Below, in pieces: positions 59,753 to 64,000 of a DNA stretch of 64,000 nucleotides. The stretch is taken from contig DFKE01000016.1 of NCBI GenBank assembly GCA_002373505.1, positions 21,472-85,471 on the forward strand, read 5' to 3'. Origin of the DNA: Bacteroidales bacterium UBA3653. GTDB taxonomy: Bacteria; Bacteroidota; Bacteroidia; Bacteroidales; Paludibacteraceae. Both the position numbers and the translations under genes were made by a program. A model generated the notes under the pieces. The model did no database searches. It saw only the letters and a list, made by a program, of their open reading frames with translations, and had not been told where the DNA came from. The first letter of the stretch is position 1. Every line of letters begins with the position of its first letter.

Positions 59753-62140
59753 ACTCATCGAGGTGCGGCTGTCTTTCATCGTGGCTATTCCGCGATCGTT
59801 TGTCCAATGCGGATAAGTAGGATGGACATAGTCGTCGAAGGTATATTCGGTCAACGCCGTACCAAAATCGTAGATGTTATAACACATCACCTCCAGACTC
59901 ATCGGTATATCCCGAACCCACCATCGTCCTGTAGCGCGTAACTCGAAATTGAAGAACGCGTCTTCCCTCTTTCCGAAAGCATTATTCGCCATATTGATTC
60001 CCTTTGCATCTGAATGCAAGAGCGCAACCTGTTCATAGCCGTTAATGAGTCGTGATCGAGCCGTAAAAGTGGAGAACGGCTGACCGTCCTTGAACTTGCC
60101 GTTCAGGCCTATTGAGAAATATCGGCAGGCGTTGTAGGTCACCTGCAGGCGGAGGATGAACGATTTGTCCTGGTCAAGCCGGCTGTTGCCCTGATAGGGC
60201 TTGTCGCCCTCGCTCAATGCCATATACGTGTTCGGATTCGCCGTGCTCTCGCTCAGCGCGCCGATGTTGTTATGCAGCGGACCGTTTCCCAGGGTACTCA
60301 GTCCCGCCATCAGATAACTCTGCCAACTCGCCATCACATGCCATTTCTTGCCCCGATAGGTGTATTTCACTATATTGGACATATAGTAAGGAGTGCGTCC
60401 GCCTGCGCGCGAGGACATCAGGTCCAAGGGCTGGGTCGTCACGGTATATTGTTTCTCTCCCTCACGCAAGTAATAGACTCCGTCCTGCGAGACCAGGTTC
60501 GCCTCTGCGCCGTCGGTATAGACCGTGTGCCACTGGTTATAGTACTTCCGGATGGTACTCAGGATTGCTATCTCATGCCTCCGACTTTTACCGAAAGTGA
60601 AAAATATCGGCAGATCCAGAACAGCATAGGAAGGCTGTTTTATCCATAGTCCTTTCTCCGGCGTATGGTACGCGCCGCCGGTGGTAGCCAGCAGCGTATT
60701 GTCCGCATACCGTATCTCGCCGGACATATACTTGCCGCTCAGATACCGTACCTCATTCCACCCGTAACTCATCCTATGATGGCTGACGGACAGACCGAAC
60801 CGGAACCACCATGCCGGCGAATAGTCTATCGCTACCTTCGCTAACCAGTCGGGAGACACAACACTCTTGCCTTCTCCTAAGACAACACCGTCCAACGAGA
60901 CACCCAGATGGGCATAGAAATCCAAACCTTTCGCCCATCCTTTCTTCTCTGCCACCACCATCGCTTCGTTCTCCAGAATACCCGATGTAAAGGACTCCGA
61001 ATGCCAATAAGCGGTATAAAGCGGCGTAGGAGCAGCATCGGCGATGGACTGCGAATAGACCGCATTGCTCCATTGACCGGCGCCGGGACGGAAATGCAGC
61101 AGCGAGTTGTAGCCCTCGGCATGCACGCGCAGCCACGGCAAGAGAGGCTGGTCGTACCGGACGGACAGATTCACGCTGTGCAGCCTGCCGTCCGCATACC
61201 AAGGCTCAAAAGCCTCGCCGTCCTGATCCAGAATATTACGGGAGAAAGACAGACTGTCATGACGGATCGTCTGCAGCTCGTAGCTCACGCCGGCTACTAA
61301 CTCACCCGTATTGTCGAACCTTGACGTATGGTATATTCCCGCCATATAAGCGCGTTGCTGCGCCTGTTCGTTGCTGTTGAGATAGAACTCCGATCCGTAG
61401 TCTGACCTGCCTTTGGCTATGAGGAAATAATGTATATTCATCGGCACCTCGCCGTCCAACTGCACCTTGTAGTTGTCTCCGGGCCTCATGCCGCTGATAC
61501 CCGTATGGTCGAAAGCGGTTATCGCCCGGCGGTCATAATGCGCATATACATGCTGATAGTACCGTCTGCCGGAAGCCGGAATAGCAAACGTCCCTTCTAC
61601 CGTTCCGCCTCCGAGTATATAGTTGCGCATCGATACAGGCCTGCCGTCCATCGTGCGCTCTTCGCCCGATGAATGGAACAGGTTGATCAACTGCCTGGTA
61701 CCCGGAGAGATACCGCCTAAGCCGCCTATGTTGCCCGTCAGACGGAGTCTCTGCGGCTGAACAGACTCATCCCGGAAATCCAACTCGCCGTCATGATAAT
61801 CGATCGCCATGGAGAGACGGTCCGGCTGCGCATGAAAGAGCGTACTGCCTTCCTCAAACCGGCTGTCAAGACGCATTCCGTTCAGATGATATTTGTTCTG
61901 CCGGAACGAATTGCCGGCGATGGAGAAGACATACTGGTTGCCGAGATTCCATTCGCCCGTCGTCTCGGTCTCATATACGGCATAGTCGTAATAGTTGTCC
62001 AAGAAATGTCCTAAATCCGCTGTCTGATACCATTCCCGGAAGAAAGAACCGCCTACCGTGTCTGTGCCGATAAACGCAAATGTCTTGGCATGAAAAATCA
62101 CCCCAAGACATACCAGCGCTATTACTTTCTTCCTGATCAC
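59690..62140 (-). CDS. hypothetical large outer-membrane beta-barrel-like protein
   Basis: 816-aa ORF with a signal peptide and alternating aromatic/polar strand-like composition. The family was not recognised. Confidence 0.5.
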   Translation of the reverse strand: MIRKKVIALVCLGVIFHAKTFAFIGTDTVGGSFFREWYQTADLGHFLDNYYDYAVYETETTGEWNLGNQYVFSIAGNSFRQNKYHLNGMRLDSRFEEGSTLFHAQPDRLSMAIDYHDGELDFRDESVQPQRLRLTGNIGGLGGISPGTRQLINLFHSSGEERTMDGRPVSMRNYILGGGTVEGTFAIPASGRRYYQHVYAHYDRRAITAFDHTGISGMRPGDNYKVQLDGEVPMNIHYFLIAKGRSDYGSEFYLNSNEQAQQRAYMAGIYHTSRFDNTGELVAGVSYELQTIRHDSLSFSRNILDQDGEAFEPWYADGRLHSVNLSVRYDQPLLPWLRVHAEGYNSLLHFRPGAGQWSNAVYSQSIADAAPTPLYTAYWHSESFTSGILENEAMVVAEKKGWAKGLDFYAHLGVSLDGVVLGEGKSVVSPDWLAKVAIDYSPAWWFRFGLSVSHHRMSYGWNEVRYLSGKYMSGEIRYADNTLLATTGGAYHTPEKGLWIKQPSYAVLDLPIFFTFGKSRRHEIAILSTIRKYYNQWHTVYTDGAEANLVSQDGVYYLREGEKQYTVTTQPLDLMSSRAGGRTPYYMSNIVKYTYRGKKWHVMASWQSYLMAGLSTLGNGPLHNNIGALSESTANPNTYMALSEGDKPYQGNSRLDQDKSFILRLQVTYNACRYFSIGLNGKFKDGQPFSTFTARSRLINGYEQVALLHSDAKGINMANNAFGKREDAFFNFELRATGRWWVRDIPMSLEVMCYNIYDFGTALTEYTFDDYVHPTYPHWTNDRGIATMKDSRTSMSLCIPRGLLVTLRVGLEKDKQ

Positions 62141-62161
62141 GGATAACTAAATACTGACGGC

Positions 62162-63325
62162 TTATATCCCAAACAGATTATGGAAGAAACTCTTTTTCTC
62201 TCCTGCTCCCGGAGCTATGTTCGGGCTGTTCTGGAGTTGTTCGATCAGCTTGCGTTCCTCTTTGCTCAGTTTCTCGGGGATATAAACGCCTACGTTGATT
62301 AGCAGGTCGCCCTGACCGTAACTGCGGCCGTATTGGTCGATGCGCGGCAGTCCTTTGCCCCTCATCCGCAGCACCTTGCCCGGCTGCGTACCGGGGGTGA
62401 TGGTTATCTTCACATCGCCTGTGAGCGTAGGAATCTGCACCTGGCCGCCCAATACCGCTGTAGGCATGTCCAGCAACAGGTTATATACCAAATCGCTCTC
62501 CTGACGGATGAAGTCCTTGTGCTCCTCTTCCTCTATCATCACTATCAGGTCGCCGGGAACACCACCTCTTGGCGCAGCGTTTCCTTTGCCCGGAACGGTC
62601 AGCTGCATACCTCCCATCACGCCGGCTGGGATGTTTACCGTGATGATATCTTCGTCGCGTACTACTCCCTGACCGCCGCATTTGGGGCATTTGTTCTTGA
62701 TGATCCGTCCCTCGCCGCCACAGGTGTCACAAACGCTCTGGACCTGCATCATGCCGAAGATACCGCGTTGGGCACGGGTCACACGGCCGCTGCCGTGACA
62801 GGTCGGACAGGTCTCTGTCTTACCGTCCGCACTACCGGTACCATGACATTCCTTGCATTCCACAAGCCGCTTTACCTTGATCTTCTTCTCGCATCCGGTA
62901 GCTATCTCTTCCAACGTCAGCGATACGCGTCCCCGCAGGTCACTTCCTTTGCGCACACGCTGGCCGCGACTCCTGCCGCCGCCCATAAACATCTCGCCTA
63001 TGTCGCCTATATCGAATCCTGCGCCTTGGAAGATATCCCCGAAGTGGCTGAATATATCTTCCATAGACATTCCTCCGCCGCTGTATCCGCCTGCGCCGCC
63101 CATGCCGGCAAAGCCGTACTGGTCATAACGGGCACGTTTCTGCGGATCGGACAGCACCTCGTAAGCCTCGGCGGCTTCTTTGAATTTCTCTTCCGCCTCC
63201 TTGTCACCGGGGTTCTTGTCCGGATGGTATTGGATAGCTTTCTTGCGGTAAGCTTTCTTTATCTCTTCTGCGCTCGCGGTCTTTTCCACGCCGAGCACTT
63301 CATAATAATCTCTTTTTTCAGCCAT
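62162..63325 (-). CDS. dnaJ: molecular chaperone DnaJ
   Basis: 387-aa ORF with a J-domain (HPDKNPGD), a G/F-rich region and four CxxCxGxG zinc motifs. Confidence 0.95.
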   Translation of the reverse strand: MAEKRDYYEVLGVEKTASAEEIKKAYRKKAIQYHPDKNPGDKEAEEKFKEAAEAYEVLSDPQKRARYDQYGFAGMGGAGGYSGGGMSMEDIFSHFGDIFQGAGFDIGDIGEMFMGGGRSRGQRVRKGSDLRGRVSLTLEEIATGCEKKIKVKRLVECKECHGTGSADGKTETCPTCHGSGRVTRAQRGIFGMMQVQSVCDTCGGEGRIIKNKCPKCGGQGVVRDEDIITVNIPAGVMGGMQLTVPGKGNAAPRGGVPGDLIVMIEEEEHKDFIRQESDLVYNLLLDMPTAVLGGQVQIPTLTGDVKITITPGTQPGKVLRMRGKGLPRIDQYGRSYGQGDLLINVGVYIPEKLSKEERKLIEQLQNSPNIAPGAGEKKSFFHNLFGI

Positions 63326-63330
63326 AAACC

Positions 63331-63360
63331 AACGATTTAACGGTTTAACAATTTAACGCG
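63331..63360. repeat. 8-nt-period array (CGATTTAA / CGGTTTAA / CAATTTAA), dnaJ-grpE spacer
   Basis: aacgatttaacggtttaacaatttaacgcg. Confidence 0.85.
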
Positions 63361-63363
63361 AAC

Positions 63364-63885
63364 TTATTCGCCAACCACTACTTTGGCAAAACGGATCACT
63401 TTCTCACCCATCTTGTAGCCTTTCTGGGTGCAGTCGATCACTTTGCCTTTCTTGTCCTCGCCGGCGGCAAAGGTAGTCACGGCTTCGTGTTCGTCGGTAT
63501 TGAAATCCGCGTTCTCCGTCTCCACGGCGTGGACGTCATGTTTGTCGAGGAAAGAGAGGAACTTCTGATAAATCAGTCGTACTCCCTCGTCGTCAGTAGC
63601 GGCTATCGCTCTTTCGAAATCGTCGATGAGCGGCAGCATTTCCGTGAATATCTTCTCTCCGGCTCTTTCTGTCAGTTCTATTTTCTCTTTGTTGGTACGC
63701 TTGCGGTAGTTGTCGAACTCTGCCATCATGCGCAGGTTCTTGTCCTCCATCTCTGCCAGTTGGCTTTCGGCCTTCGCTTTTTGGCTCTCGGCTTCTGCCA
63801 CTTGCTCCTCCAACTCATGCAGGCGCGCCTGCAACTTTTCTTGCTGTTCTTGCTGTTCTTCTTGTCTCTTGTCTTTTTTTGCCAT
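63364..63885 (-). CDS. grpE: nucleotide exchange factor GrpE
   Basis: Track ORF 63364..63984 trimmed to Met34 (ATG 63885..63883; MAKKDKRQEE...), because the upstream 33 codons translate a repeat element. Coiled-coil followed by the GrpE C-terminal domain. Confidence 0.85.
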   Translation of the reverse strand: MAKKDKRQEEQQEQQEKLQARLHELEEQVAEAESQKAKAESQLAEMEDKNLRMMAEFDNYRKRTNKEKIELTERAGEKIFTEMLPLIDDFERAIAATDDEGVRLIYQKFLSFLDKHDVHAVETENADFNTDEHEAVTTFAAGEDKKGKVIDCTQKGYKMGEKVIRFAKVVVGE

Positions 63886-63887
63886 AT

Positions 63888-63943
63888 CTTTGTACTTTAA
63901 TTTGTCCTTCGTACATCGTACATCGTTCCTTTGTACTTTAATT
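63888..63943. repeat. ATGTACGAAGG-family core flanked by a perfect 15-bp direct repeat
   Basis: ctttgtactttaatt [tgtccttcgtacatcgtacatcgttc] ctttgtactttaatt. The direct repeats are at 63888..63902 and 63929..63943. Confidence 0.9.
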
Positions 63944-64000
63944 CGTTCTTTCAAATCCCATGCCACAGCCTCTTTCCCTGCCAATTTGTCAGTCGCAGCA

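Noticed and set aside
509-63943. Heptamer arrays as sequencing, assembly or scaffolding artefacts.
   Set aside because: They are imperfect, belong to many different families, keep host ORFs in-frame, and supply functional stop and start codons. None of that is expected from artefacts. Deliberate synthetic watermarking cannot be excluded from the sequence alone.
1-64000. tRNA, rRNA, tmRNA, RNase P or SRP RNA genes; prophage, IS or integrative elements; diversity-generating retroelement targeting the large surface proteins.
   Set aside because: The spacers contain no cloverleaf-like or conserved RNA cores. No integrase, transposase, reverse transcriptase or phage structural genes appear among the ORFs.

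Overview
This 64-kb chromosomal segment reads as a Bacteroidota (Bacteroidales-like) genome. That assignment is an inference from three things: TTTG/TAnnTTTG promoters with 20-nt spacers, a Mur-ligase/alanine-racemase fusion next to dxs-trkA-trkH, and T9SS-like C-terminal tails. I call 51 protein-coding genes. I found no rRNA, tRNA, CRISPR array, transposase or integrase. Positions 1-33 kb are a mostly plus-strand run of housekeeping genes: GT2/SpoIID, alr fusion, dxs, trkAH, an SGNH+MBOAT pair, coaE, dapB, lepB, ilvE, a POT transporter, rsmI, ribE, FKBP isomerases, truA, and GH28+DUF4861. Positions 33.4-52.3 kb are an accessory block of secreted proteins. It holds a 1788-aa surface protein, two M6-type metalloproteases, an 815-aa protein and a CE12-like esterase, and all five end in the same C-terminal tail. 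The first protease shares an apparent operon with a PqqD-like protein and a Ser/His S24/S26-type peptidase. Positions 52-64 kb carry xth, lptB, an outer-membrane glycan cluster (Kelch lipoprotein, GTs, a GT2-kinase fusion, an O-antigen-ligase-like protein) and dnaJ-grpE. The most unusual property is an extreme load of tiny repeat elements. (a) About 40 arrays of 3-5 heptamer words sit exactly on stop/start codons or in-frame inside conserved enzymes. (b) A roughly 39-nt GC-rich hairpin element occurs both between genes and in-frame inside genes such as dxs, in both orientations. (c) Arrays with a 10-11-nt period lie in promoter-proximal spacers. The lower-GC part of the secreted-protein block is almost free of these elements. 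All calls come from reading the sequence and from recalled family motifs; no database search was possible.
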